DNA from: Mobula hypostoma
Lineage: Eukaryota
Direction of reading: 5' to 3'
NCBI RefSeq assembly: GCF_963921235.1
Contig: NC_086097.1
Span: 229,278,001 to 229,342,000 of the forward strand
DNA length: 64,000 bases
This document shows, piece by piece, positions 1 to 12,372 of this stretch (position 1 is its first letter; each line of letters opens with the position of its first letter). The translations under genes and the position numbers were made by a program. The notes below the pieces were generated by a model, which saw only the letters and a program-made list of their open reading frames with translations, had not been told where the DNA came from and made no database searches.

Positions 1-335
1 AGGCAGGAGTTATGTTTCATCACCAGCCTCTCAAAGCACTGTATCACTGTCAATGTAAGTGCTGCTGGATGATAGTCACTGAGGCAGAGTTACCACATCC
101 TCCTTTGGCACTGATATAATTGAAGCCTGCTTGAAGGAGGTGGGTACCTTTAGCTGCCGAAGCGAGATGTTAAAGATCTCAATGAACACTCCAGCCAGTT
201 GATCAGCGCAAATCTTTAGTACTTGGCCAGGTGCCCCATTTGAGCAGGATGCTTTTCATGGGTTCACCATACTGAAGGCTTCTCACACCTTGGCCTCAGA
301 GACTGAAATCACAGAATCTTCGGGGGCTGTGGAAA
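1..335 (-). mobile_element. Rex1/Babar LINE fragment (RT region)
   Basis: Minus strand reads like the degenerate Rex1 RT start (ending ..VIQCFERLV..), resembling the Rex1 ORF at 47457-48470; probably continuous with the 1283-2080 piece. Confidence 0.6.
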
Positions 336-342
336 GTCATGA

Positions 343-1282
343 AAAGACTCCCTTTATTCCCACTCTTTGCCTCCTGCCAGTCAGCTATTGCTTTATCCAT
401 GCTAGAATCTTTTCTGTAATACTATGGGCTTGTAGCTTGTTAAGCATCCTCATATGTGGCACCTTGTCAAAGGCATTCTGAAAATCCAAGTACACCGATT
501 TTCCATTGTCTATCCTGCTTACTATTTCTTCATAGGATTCCAACTGATTTGTTAGGCATGATGTTCCCTTAAGGAAACAATGCTATCTATGGGCTATTTT
601 ATCATGTACCCTGAGATCTCCTCGTTAATAATGAACTCCAACATCTTCCCAACCACTGAAGTCAGACTAACTGGCCTATACTTTCCTTTCTTCTACCTCC
701 CTCCCTTCTTGAAGAGTGGAGTGACATTTGCAATTTTCCATTCTTCTGTAACCACTCCAGAATCTAGTGATTCTTGTAAGGTCATCACTAATGCCTCCAC
801 GATCTCTTCAGCCACCTCTTTCAGAACTCTGGGGTGTATGCCATCTGGTCCAGGTGACTTAACTACCTTCAGACTTTTCAGTTTCTCAAGAACCTTCTCA
901 CTAGTTATGGTAAACTCACACAGTTCATGACCCCTGTCACCTGGAAATTCCACCATACTGCTAGTGTTTTCCACAGTGAAGACTGATGCAAATATTTATA
1001 CAGTTTGTTACCATTTCTTTGTCCTCATTACTAACTCTCCAGTGTCATTTTCCAGCAGTCTGATATCCATTCTCACCTCTATTTTACACTTTATGTATCT
1101 GAAGAAACTTTTGGTATCCTCTTTAATATTATTAGTTAGCTTACTTTCATATTCTATCTTTACCTTCTTAATGACTTTTTTATTTGCCTTCTGTTGATTT
1201 TTGAAAGCTTTCCAATCCCCTAACTTCCCATCAACTTTTGCTCTATGATATGCCCTCTCTTTGGCTTTTATGATGGCTTTGA
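343..1282 (-). mobile_element. CR1 LINE ORF2 fragment
   Basis: ORF 693-974 [33 protein letters not shown] is the CR1 pre-RT motif. Confidence 0.9.
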
Positions 1283-2080
1283 CTTGTTGGTATAACAGTG
1301 GTCTAGTGTGTTGGGACCTCTGGTACTACAGGTTATATGCTGATGATAATTGGGCAGGGATTTCTTCAAACAAACCTGGTTGAAGTCCCTGACTATGATT
1401 TGAAATGCATTGGGATAGACTGTTTCTTGTTGGAGGACGGCATCTTGCAGAATCTCAAGCACTTGATTATAATCGGCCACTGGTGGTATTTAAACTGTGA
1501 TTAGGATTATGGAGAAGAACCCCCTAGGTAAATAGAATGGACAGTATTTGACTTTAGATGTTCAAGTTCTGGGGTACACAAGTTCAACAAAACCACTACA
1601 TCAGAGCAACACCGAGAGCTTATCATGAAACACACACTCTACCTTTTGCCATTTACGAATCAGCACTTCAGTCCACTCTGTGAATTGAGAAGTCTTCGGG
1701 TCTAATCACTGTATCTGGTGTGCTGAGAGAAAGCCATGTCTCAGTCAAACATAGAACACAGCAATCTTCCCCTCAGGTCCTCCATTTTGTTCTCCAACGA
1801 CTGCACATTTGCTAAGAAGATGCTGGGTGGAAAGGGTCTTATGTCTCTGTGTTTTAGTATGGCTTGGAGTCCCCCACTCCTGCCTCGCTTCCTGCCACGG
1901 TGATGAACTTTCATCTTCTTAAAGGTGCATACCTGCTTGGTCCACCGAATCCTTCAGAAGATCATGAAATCTGTAGATCATTAAGTTGGTTTAAAAGCAG
2001 TGAGAGTAATTCAAAAGAGGTGTATTTAGAAGTATCGTACGTAGCCCACAGAACGTCGCCGTGGTTCACCGGTGCCATCT
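1283..2080 (-). mobile_element. Rex1/Babar LINE 5' part (APE endonuclease)
   Basis: ORF 1268-1480 ..DFNQVCLKKSLPNYHQHITCSTRGPNTLDHCYT is typical of a Rex1 endonuclease. Confidence 0.75.
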
Positions 2081-2087
2081 TGAGATT

Positions 2088-2980
2088 GTTGGGACCCCTG
2101 TTATTTGTTATTTATAGAAATGATTTGGATATGAATGCACAAGACATGATCAGTAAGTTTGTAGATTACACAAACCAGGAGGTGTTGTTGAAAGAGAAGA
2201 AGGTTATCATACATTAAAAGCAGATAGTGATCGGTTAAGGAAGTGGGCTCAGGAGTGAGAAATGGATTTGAATACAGATGAACGTGAGGTGATGCATTCT
2301 GGAAAGTAAAACCAGTGTAGGGTTTATACTATGAATGGTATGGCACTAAGGTGAGTAATCGAACAGAGAGACTTGTGAGTACATGTGCACAGTTCATTGA
2401 ACACAGTGACACAGGTAGAAAGTGGTGAAGAAAGTGTTTAGCATTCTGGCCTTCATCAGGCAGGGCACTGAATGCATTTTGTTGCAATTGTGTAAGTCAT
2501 TGGTGAGGCCGTACATGGAGTACTGTGTGCAATTTTGGTCACCCTGTTAGAAGAAGGATGTGATTAAACTGAAAAGAGTGCAGAAAAGATGTATGAGGAT
2601 GTTGCTAGGAATAGAGTGCCTGAGTTATAGGGAGAAGTTGTCCAGACTAGTTCTTTATTCCTTGGAATATAGGAGAATGAAGACCAACCTTATAGAAATG
2701 TTTAAGATTATAAGAGGCCTGGTTAAGGTGGGTGGTAACAGTCTTTTCCCCAAGGTGGGGGAGTCCAGAACCAGGGGGCATATGTTTAGGGTGAGAGGGA
2801 AAAGATTTGAAAGAGACCTGAGGGATAACTTTTTCATACATAGTGTGGTGAGTATATGGAATGAACTACCAGAAGTAGGTGTCGAGGCAGATACAATAAT
2901 ATCATTTAAGAAGGACTTGGATAGGTATTTGGCGGGGCTTAGAGCGATTTGGAATGAACACAGGAAATTGGGATGAGTTG
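2088..2980 (+). mobile_element. CR1 LINE 3' fragment, degenerate
   Basis: [12 protein letters not shown] 2560-2976 ..SRTRGH..FF..VVSIWNELP. Confidence 0.9.
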
Positions 2981-2983
2981 GGT

Positions 2984-4040
2984 TGGGAATAAAGAGAGCC
3001 TTTCTGGTGGTTGGCTGGCGGTAACTAGTTGTGTTCCAAAGAGGTCTGTACTGGGACTGCTTCTTTTTACGTTAATGTCAATGATTTGAATGATATAATT
3101 TATGGCTTTGTGGCTAATTTTGTGGGTGATACGAAAATAGGTGGAGGGGCAAGTATTTTTGAGGAAGTAGAGAGGCTACAGAAGGATTTGAACAAATTAG
3201 GAGAAGAGAATGGACAAAGAAGAGGCTGATGGAATATAATGTCAGGAGGTGTATGGTCATGCACTTAGGTAGAAGAAATAAAAGCATAGACTATTTTCTA
3301 AATAGAAATAAAGTTAAAAAATCTGAGGTGCAAAGTGACTTGGGAATCCTTGTGCAGGATTCTCTAAAAGTTAATTTACAGATTGAGTCGTTGGTGAGGA
3401 AGGCACATGCGAATTTAGCATTCATTTCGTGAGGACAGAATATAAAACCAAGGATATAATGTTGAGGCTTTATAAAGCACTGGTGAGGCATCGCTTCGAG
3501 AATTGTGAGCAAGTTTGGGTCCCTTATCCTACAAGGGATGTGCTGAAACTGGAAAGGGTTTGAAGGAGGCTCACGAAAATGATTTCAGGATTGAATGTCT
3601 TGTCACATGAAGAGCATTTGATGGCTTTGGACCTGTATTCACTAGAATTCAGAAGAATGAGGGGTGAACTCATTGAAATTTAAATGTTGAAAGGGCTTGA
3701 TAGAGTGAATGTGGAGAGAATGTTTCCTTTGGTGGGGGAGTCTAAGACCAGAGGACACAGCCTCAGAATAGAAGGGCATCCTTTTAGAACGGAGATGAGG
3801 AAGAATTTCTTTAGCCAGATAGTGGTGAAATCTGTGGAATTTGTTGTCACGTGTGGATGTGGAGGCCGAGTCATTGGGTATATTTAAGGCAAAGGTTATT
3901 AGATTCTTGATTGGTCAGGGCTACAGAAAGAAGGCAGAAGATTGGGGCTGAAAGGAAATATGGATCAGCCATAATGAAATGGCAGAGCAGACTTAATGGG
4001 CTAAATGGCCTAATTCTGCTTCCTATATCTTATGGTCTTA
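2984..4040 (+). mobile_element. CR1 LINE 3' fragment
   Basis: Broken RT C-terminus (KTRGHSLRIEGHPFRTEMRKNFF); tcttatggtctta tail at ~4028-4040. Confidence 0.9.
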
Positions 4041-4443
4041 TATCCCCATGTATGTCTTCCTAGTCCTTCTAAGGAGAAGGGCGATGGTCTCATTCACAAT
4101 GCATCAGTCGTGAGTTTGGTATTGCCAAATTGGTGGACATATATGAAAGATCTGATGGCTAGTCCTCAGCAGACAAGATCTTGGTGCTTGCTTGTTTGAA
4201 AGGTTTCATGGTAAAGTCTTCTAGCAAATAACTTTGGCAGTTTGCTAGAGGAGTACTGTTGCCAGAACATCAGCTTTTAATTTAACTAATCTATTCACTC
4301 CACCCAGTACTTGGTGTATGGCCTGGCTCCCTTGAATTATATTCCCAGCACATTCAGGTAGTTGGAGCTAACAGCAACTAGCATGCTCACTTGAACTGCT
4401 GGAAGATTTGTCATGAAAATGCATTTATATTTATGTATTTAAA

Positions 4444-4823
4444 TTAAAATTGGAGCTTCTGGAACATGTTCTTCCATGTTTTGTACATTGTTTAAAATTT
4501 TCGTTGGCTTCCCATTGGACTTTGTGCTTCAAAACAGGATCCAAGAAGTATCGTTGCTCACAATGCTCTTGTTGAGAGCAATACCAGCTGAGTACCTGGC
4601 TGGTATCAAATGGTTGTAATTATACACCTTTGGAAAGGAATTGATCTTGGTGGTTTTGGTTGCCTTTTTCTCAGCCACTCCATGAGGGTGTTGGATCAAT
4701 GTAAACAACAAGGAAGATGTCACTGTAAGGCCTCTCAGAAGTCACATCATGAGTGTTTTTTATAGTGACGGCTTTGCAATGCGTATAACATTCTGTCAGA
4801 ACTGGACCCACTTTCCCAGGTTT
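4444..4823 (-). pseudogene. RPL27: Processed pseudogene of 60S ribosomal protein L27
   Basis: Translation across about 3 frameshifts: KPGKVGPVL..KAVTIKNTHDVTSERPYS..ID / EKKATKTTKINSFPKVYNYNHLIPARYS..LNKSIVSND / DPVLKHK..EA / YKTWKNMFQKLQF*. Colinear with vertebrate RPL27 (KPGKVVLVL..KVYNYNHLMPTRYS..YKTGKNKWFFQKLRF*); no introns. Confidence 0.9.
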
Positions 4824-4837
4824 GCTGGGATGGTAGC

Positions 4838-5706
4838 TGTTACATATTTAATATTTCAGTAATATTTGAGTAAGTGAACAATGCGACCAAGGGCAACATC
4901 TTCCAGATGGTTCACAATACTACTTCTTTCACATCTTTTTTTTCTTTCAAATGTCATTCTGCTACTGGTGGAGACTGTGATCTGCATTTTTGGTGCTGTT
5001 TTCAGGATGATTGAGTGATCTGGCGCTTTGCTGTCTCCCAGGGGGTTTTGCGAGGCTTCAACTGAAGTGTGTGGCCTCAAGGCCCAAGAAGCCTGGAGAC
5101 GAGGCACGAGCCCATGTTTGACTTCATTTCTCTCCAGTCTTGCCGATTAAAGCATTGAGGAAGATTGAAATCATCGAGGAGGGGGCAGAAGGCAAGCAGG
5201 TGATCAGGACCGCCTACCAGGTTCTCGCATGCTGCTGCCAGAGGAAGGTGTCTGTGTGTAACGGTCTTGCCCTCTTGCCCCAGCCGCAGAAGTCTCAACT
5301 GCAATCAGAGTGAACCCCCTTGTCAGGAAAAATATCCTGTAAGAGTAAGAACCCCTCCACAAGAGGATTACTCTGTATATAAATAGATGATTTGAAAGCA
5401 AAAAGTTACATATTTGAGCTGAGATGCATTCTATATTGAGTTGGAGTTTATAGCTAACAGAGAGGAATGTAATGTATTTAGTATTTCAGTAATATTTGAG
5501 CACTATTGTGAATATATTGCTTGATTAAGCATTCTTTGTTCTTTATATAATTCATTATGGGTTATATGTAAGAGTATGTGAATGACATACGTCATTACGC
5601 CATCATGTCATATGTATACACCTCACTAAAACAGAAACTAAGTAGACCTGTTCCCCAACTCCTGTGTTTTTCTTTCAATCAGTTTCTGGAGTTACAGAAT
5701 ATAACA
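4838..5706 (+). mobile_element. Internally deleted Gypsy LTR element (5' LTR stub 4838-4873; 3' internal end, PPT 5459-5467, 3' LTR 5468-5706)
   Basis: LTR motif tgt..atttcagtaatatttgag shared with 43689 and 54990; 5280-5467 matches 50421-50503 and 54936-54989; LTR ends ..ataaca. Confidence 0.75.
5078..5277 (+). repeat. Unclassified ~200-bp interspersed repeat, copy 1
   Basis: Closely similar to the reverse complement of 8073-8273. Confidence 0.8.
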
Positions 5707-5863
5707 GTTGTATTATAATACAGAACATAATAGTTTTGGAACAATGAAGTAACATTGCCATTTATGTACCCGTTGGGTAATGCATCATATTGTTGTTAAG
5801 AAGCTTCTCCAGTGGACACAGCATCTCAATGTCCAGTATCGCAAAGGACATTAGACTGTAGTC

Positions 5864-7042
5864 TGGGAGAGTCGGTGGATGTTTACTTTGATTTTCAGAA
5901 GGCCTCTGACAAGGTGTCGCACAGGAGGCTGCTAAACACGATAAGAGCCCATGGTATTAGAGGAAAGATACTAGCATGGACAGAAGATTGGCTGACTGGC
6001 AGGAGGCAAAGAATGGGAATAAAGGGGGCCTTTTCTGTTTGGCAACTGGTGACTAGTGGAGTTCCGCAGGGGTTGGTATGGGACCGCTTCTTTTCACGTT
6101 CTATGTCAGTGATTTGGATAATGGAATCAATAGCACTGTAGCCAACTTGCAGATGATGTGAAGATGAGTGGAGGGACAAGTAGTGTTGAGGAAGCAGGGA
6201 GTCTACAAAAGAACTTAAATTGGGAGAATGGATAAGGAAGTGGCAAATGGAATATAGTGTGGTGAAGTGTATGGTCATGCTAGAAGGAATAAAGGTATAA
6301 ACTATTTTCTGAACGGGGAAAAAATTCAAAAATCAGAGGTACAAAGGAACTTGGCAGTCATTATGCTGGATTTTCTAAAGGTTAACTGGAAGGCTGAGTC
6401 AGTGGTAAGGAAGGCAAATTCATTTTGAGAGGACTGGAATACAAAAAGCAATGATGTAATGCTAAGGCTTTATAAGGTAATTGGTCAGATCGCACTTGGA
6501 GTACCGTGAGCAGTTTTGTGCCCCTTATCTAAGAAAATATGTGCTGACATTAGAAAGGATGTGCTGGAATTTTGCAAGAATGAATATCTGGCAGTGAAAT
6601 TTCTGACATATGAGGAGTGTTTAATGCTCTGGTCCTGAACTTGCTGGAGTACAGCATGAGCAGGGATCACATTGAAACTTATCCAATATCGAAAGGCCTA
6701 GACAGACTGGATGTGGAGAGGATTTTTCCTATTGTAGGTGAGTCTAGAACCAGAGGGCACAGCCTCAGAATAGAAGGGCGTCCATTTAGAACAGAGATGA
6801 GGAGAAATTTCTTTAGCCAGAGGGTGGTGAATCTGTGGAATTCATTGTCATAGACAGCTGTGGAGGCCAAGTCATTGGGTATATTTAAAGCAGTGTTTGA
6901 TAAGCTCTTGGTTAGTAAGGCTATCAAAGGTTACGGGGAGAAGGCAGAAGAATGGAGTTGAGAGAGATAATAAATCAGTCATGATGGAATGGCAGAGCAG
7001 ACTCAATGGGTTGTTCAATGTCTTATGGTCTTATGGTCTTAT
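5864..7042 (+). mobile_element. CR1 LINE 3' fragment
   Basis: [36 protein letters not shown]; (tcttatgg)n tail. Confidence 0.9.
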
Positions 7043-7152
7043 AGTCTACGACACAGAGGTTTTGCATTGGCTGCACCAAGCATCACTGCATACCTTAGCA
7101 CACTCTCCTGTAGCCTGTTGGCATTAATCCGCTTTCATACATCTCAGACATC

Positions 7153-7252
7153 AGGAGTCCTGATGAAGGGTCTTGGGCCAAAATGTTGACTGGTTACTCT
7201 TCTCCATACTTGCTGCCTGTCCTGCTGAGTTCCTTCAGCGTTTATTGTGTAT
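7153..7252 (+). mobile_element. Old Penelope-like 3'-end fragment with a decayed hammerhead motif
   Basis: agtc-ctgatga-agggtcttgggcc-aaaatgtt-gact, followed by the PLE 3' end (tgctgcctgtcctgctgagttcc). Confidence 0.7.
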
Positions 7253-8072
7253 TACTTTCTCAGTCATCTCACTGTGTTGGAAAACCAGTTTTTTCAGGCA
7301 GACCAAAGGGTATGAATGGACATTGCTTCACCTTGTTCACGTTTGTTGTATTAGCTGCAACAGCATAAATTTGAATATCAATCACTAACAAGAGAAAAGC
7401 TGCAGGTGCTGGAATTTTGAGTGTGTTGCCTAGATTAGAAGACTTTTCTTACCAGTAAAGCTCAGAATCACATTATGTACTGTGTTAGCTACTGAACTGG
7501 TGGGAGCCACTGCAGAAAAAACTTTTTTAAAAATATTCAGCTGTAAGAAATTAATAGCTGCCTTGCACATTCCACTAACTTATTTAATTTTACTGCATTC
7601 TAAATTCATTGCTTGGCAACAATGTTGTCATGCAGATAATGTTATGATGGTAACAAAGAAGTTCATTCAAGTAAATTTTCATAATCACACCAACATGCTA
7701 TCCCTTGGGACTGTGTAACCTTTTCAATAAATTCTGACAAAATATGAACTGGGGTCAATTATTATTACTTAACAGGAAGAAGGATGTTGCGTAATCCTAT
7801 GAATTGGAAGTTATAATACAAAGTGTAATTGGACCAGAGAGATTATGGTTGTTAATTAAGAAGTAGTTATGAAATATAACATAGATTGCAAGTGCCAAGT
7901 TTCTGTAGCTTATACTATATACATTCTCTGAATATAGACTGGTTCAACCCAAACTTTTTACTAGATTTATGATAAATATGAGGCTACTTATGATAGGAGA
8001 TGAACCAAGATGAACAAGATGAGAATTGAAAGCTATAAAGGAATAACAATGGGTGTATGTGATAGACCCCCT

Positions 8073-8273
8073 AAGAGGGGCAAGACTATTACACGCAGAC
8101 ACCTTCCCCTGGCAGCAGTACGTGAGAGCCTGGTAGACGGTCCTGATCACCTGCTTGCCTTCTGCCCACACCTCAATGATTTCAATCTTCCTCAATGCTT
8201 CAATCGGCAAAGTTGGAGAGAAATGGAGTCGAACATGGGCTTGCACCTTGGCTCCAGGCTTCTTGGGCCTTGA
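8073..8273 (-). repeat. Unclassified ~200-bp interspersed repeat, copy 2
   Basis: Inverted match to 5078-5277. Confidence 0.8.
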
Positions 8274-8344
8274 GTCAGTTGAGGAACAATGGGGTTGATT
8301 TAAAAAGAGGTAATACACACAGGGCAGTAAGTGTTCATACCCAA

Positions 8345-11300
8345 GGTTGGGAGAAGCAATAAAAACAATAGATCAATTACATGGATGAATAAAGATATAC
8401 ATAAAAATTATTGAAGACACCTATATAAGGAATACAGAAAAAACAGTCATGACGTTAACTGTAGGGCATATGAAAATATGAGAGTTATAGTCGAGAGAAA
8501 TTCAGATTGCCAAAAGGCAGGTTGAGAAGGATATTGCTGATAATGCCAAGATTTACTCCCAAGAGATTTTTTTGATACTTTATTAGTAAAAGAAAAGTTA
8601 AGAAGGAAGTTAAATGCATTAGAAATAATAGTGGGGTGATAAGTTATGCAGAGAAGGACATAGTAGGTACTCTTAACTCATATTTTGCTAAAATATTCAC
8701 CCACAAAGATGCTAGCAATATGCCAGTAAAGTTATTTTTAGTGAATCAGAGATCTCAGAAAGTGAGATCTTGCTTCAGCTGAAAAAGCTGAAAATTAATA
8801 AATCTCCAGGGCCAGACATCTCCAGGGCTCAAAAAACAGAAAACGAGTTATGGTGAGATGATTATTGTCACACCTAGACGTTAAAAGTGGGTTCCACAAG
8901 GATAAGTTTTGGGGCTGCTGCTGTTTTAAATTTACATTATTGGTTCTGTGCTTATCCAAATCATTAAACTAGTAAAGTTTGCAGATGACACAAATTAGGG
9001 GGATGGGCTGATAACATTCAGACAGCAGAATTAATACATTTAGATCGAAACAAAATCCAGATGTGGGCAGATAAATGACAGATGAAATTTAATGTAAGTA
9101 AAGGTAAAATATTATACAGGTGTCCCCCGCTTTTCGAACGTTCGCTTTACGAAACCTTACTGTTACGAAAGACCTACATTAGTACCTTGTTTTCGCTTTC
9201 AGAAGGTGTTTTCACTGTTACGAAGAAAGGCAGCGCGCGATAAAAAATCAGCGCACGAAAAAATCAGCGCGCGATAAAAGGCAGCACGCGCCCTGAGCAG
9301 CCACTCTTCCCCGGATTCGGAATGGCATTGCTTTAACACGTTGCATTGAGCAGCCGTTAGCAAGATGAGTTCTAAGGTGTCGGAAAAGCCTGAAAGATCT
9401 CATAAGGGTGTGACACTTAGCGTAAAACTAGACATAATTAAGCGTTTCGATCGTGGTGAACGAAGCAAGGACAAAGTGAGTTAGGCTTGTGGAAGTTGAT
9501 GAAGATGATGTTGAAGAGGTTTTGGCATCCCATGACCAAGAACTGATAGATGAAGAGCTGATGCAATTGGAAGAGGAAAGGATAACAATCGAAACTGAAT
9601 GCAACCGAATGCAGAAAGTGAAGCAACTGCGTGAGATTTTCGCTGCAATGATAAAGTACGACTTTAATTTTGAAAGGGTACGTAGGTTTAGGGGATATTT
9701 GCAGGATGGTTTGAGTGCTTACAAACAACTGTATGATAGAAAAATGCGCGAGGCTCAGCAGTCAAGCAAGCCTTCCACATCAGCCACAGCAGACGACGAA
9801 CCTCGACCTTCGACATCGAGGTGGGCAGTCATAGGAGAAGATGAGCTGCCTGCCCTGATCGATGATGAGATGACACCCCCGTGTCCCACCACCCCAACAC
9901 CTGGGCCCCGGACAGATACTGTACCGATTCGTGAAGAACGCAGCGGTAGCCAGGAGGCACACAGCACATCTTTAAGAAAAAAGCCGAAATAAACATGCTA
10001 ATTAATTAGGTGCCGCCTAGCACGTAATTGTCAGCCCAGATCAGAGGCGATGCAATTGGCAATCGCCTCTGATCTGCGCTGACATTTACGTGCCGGGCAG
10101 CACCTAATTAATTAGCATGTTTATTTTGGCTTTTTTCTTAAAGATGTGCTGGGTGCCTCCCTGCTACCGCTGCGTTCTTCGCGGTAATGAATCGGGTTGG
10201 CGGCCCGGAGGGTGGGGGCCACTGCACCACCCAGCCTACGACGACTCAGTCTAACACACCATCATCAGTGTGCTCGGCGCTTTCCCAATTCCGGTAAGTG
10301 ATACTACACTGTACATACATTATTTCTACTTTATATCGGCTGTGTATTTTTACGTGTTATTTGGTAGATTTGGCAGCTTCATAATTTAAAGGTTACTGGA
10401 GAGTGTGCTTATGCCAACAGCGCTTGCGTGAGATTTTCTGCCGAGAGTGCTTGCCTGAGATTTTCGCTACGGAGATCTGTGCAGGCATTCGTTGTAGAGA
10501 AGTATTTCTACTTTATATAGGCTGTGTATTTATCATATCATTCCTGCTTTTTCTATATGTTACTGTTATTTTAGGTTTTATGTGTTATTTGGCATGAGTT
10601 GGTAGGTTATTTTTGGGTCTGCGAACGCTCACAAAATTTTCCCATATAAATGGTAATTGCTTCTTCGCTTTACGACATTCCAGCTTACGAACCATTTCAT
10701 AGGAACGCTCTACCTTCAGATGGGGGGGATTCCTGTATATAGAAAGTAGAAATATTAGATATAAATATACAATGGGGGTCTTGAGTTAGAAAGTGCGCTG
10801 TATGAGAAGGATTTGGGCATCCTTTTATATTCATTACCATCAACATCTAGGCAACACACAGAAGCGATTAGGAAGACTAATAGAATGTTGAGCTATATAA
10901 TGCGCTCAGTAGAGTTCAGGTCTAGAGACGTTCTCCTTAAACTGTATAATATGCTTGTGAGCCCACACCTTGAGTACTGTGGTCTCCATATTTTGTGGGG
11001 ATATGAAGGCACTGGAAAGAGTTCAGAGAAGGGCGACAGGACTCATTCCAGGTCTGCAGGATAAGAACTATGAAGAAAGATTGAAAGAATTAAATCTTTT
11101 TAGCGTAAGTAGACATAGAATGAGAGGAGACATGATAGAAGTGTTCAAAATCATTAAGAGTATAAGTAAGGTGGATGCCAGCTGCTAATTCAAAATTAAT
11201 CCATCTACAAGGACATGGGGCACTAAGTGGCAACTGGTTAAGGGAGATTTCAGACTAACATCAGGAAGCATTTTTTAAACACAGCAAGTTGTGGACACAT

Positions 11301-11456
11301 GGAATAAACTACCTAGTTGTGTAGTTGAGAGCAGTACCTCAGATACTTACAAATCTAAACTTCATAGTTAATTCAACACGCTATGTGAATAGGAATTTGG
11401 CAAGCTTTGTTGGGCCGAGCAGCCTGGTCTTGTCAAAAGCTTTCTAATGTTCTAAT
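8345..11456 (+). mobile_element. AT-rich CR1 LINE, split by a Tigger insertion
   Basis: KSPGPD at ~8799, KFADDT at ~8974, VSPHLEYC, ALERVQRRAT; ttctaatg tail. Confidence 0.85.
9117..10735 (+). mobile_element. Tigger/pogo (Tc1-mariner) non-autonomous deletion derivative
   Basis: TA duplication (9115-9116, 10736-10737); imperfect TIRs CAGGTGTCCCCC / GGGGGATTCCTG; CENP-B-like N-terminus at 9365 (MSSK..VTLSVKLDIIKRFDRGE) joined to an acidic Tigger C-terminus (DVEEVLASHDQELIDEELMQLEEE); DDE domain absent. Confidence 0.85.
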
Positions 11457-11934
11457 AACAGAATGACCAATAACCACTTTCCTGCAGCATCATCTGTTTC
11501 ATCTTGTACGAATCGTCCAAGTCAGTCTTATACTAGAGAGCTAAGAAACAAAGCAAGAAGGGACTATCAGGTTGTGCTTTTAATAAAATATCACACTGAG
11601 GATCCATCAAACCACTCAGATGAATGCGAACAATCTCATTTTGAATAAGAGCAAGGAAAATTTCACTGGTGTTTGTCTTAACCATCATTCATGCCACTGC
11701 TAAGACAGGTTATCTGAAAATGATCATAGTCATGTTTGTAGCTTGTGTCCAAATTGCCTGCTGCATTTCCCACACTGTAACAGATGGTAATATTTGGTGT
11801 ATCAAGTAGAACTTTTTAAAAGTTGAGCGTCCCATGTAATATGACTTCTGATATATTGCTGTATGAAATGCTGCCATTATTTGAGCGTTGACTTCCTTCA
11901 ATAAAGGATCCTTTATAATGAAGGAATAGAGGAA

Positions 11935-12372
11935 CTAGCCTCCATTCTATGGACTCCCTCTATACCTTTTGCTGCTTCAGTAAAGCAGCCAGAATAATCA
12001 AAGATCCTGCCCACCCCAGATATTCTCTCATCTTCCCTCTTCCATTGGGCAGAAGATACAAAAGCCTGAAAACACACAGCACCGGGATGAAGGATCATTT
12101 CTGTCCCACTGTTATCAGACTCTTGAACAGACTCTTGTGCGATAAGATGGACTCTTGACCTCACGATCTACCTCATTATGATTTTGCACTTTATCGTTTT
12201 CCTGCACTGCTCTCTTTCAGTAGCTTCTACACTTAATTTTGCATTGTTATTGTTATACTTTATTCTACTTCAGTGCACCGTGCAACGATTTAATTTGCCC
12301 AAATACAGTAGTATGCAAGACAAGTTTTTCACTGTATCTTGACAGATGTGACAATAATAAACCAATACCAAT
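11935..12372 (+). mobile_element. Rex1/Babar 3' end
   Basis: KAARIIKDPAHP..LPLGRRYKSL..VIRLLN; aataaa followed by (accaat)n tail. Confidence 0.85.

Noticed and set aside
9489..9992. 167-aa ORF as a host gene
   Set aside because: It is the C-terminal remnant of the Tigger transposase running into the internal palindrome
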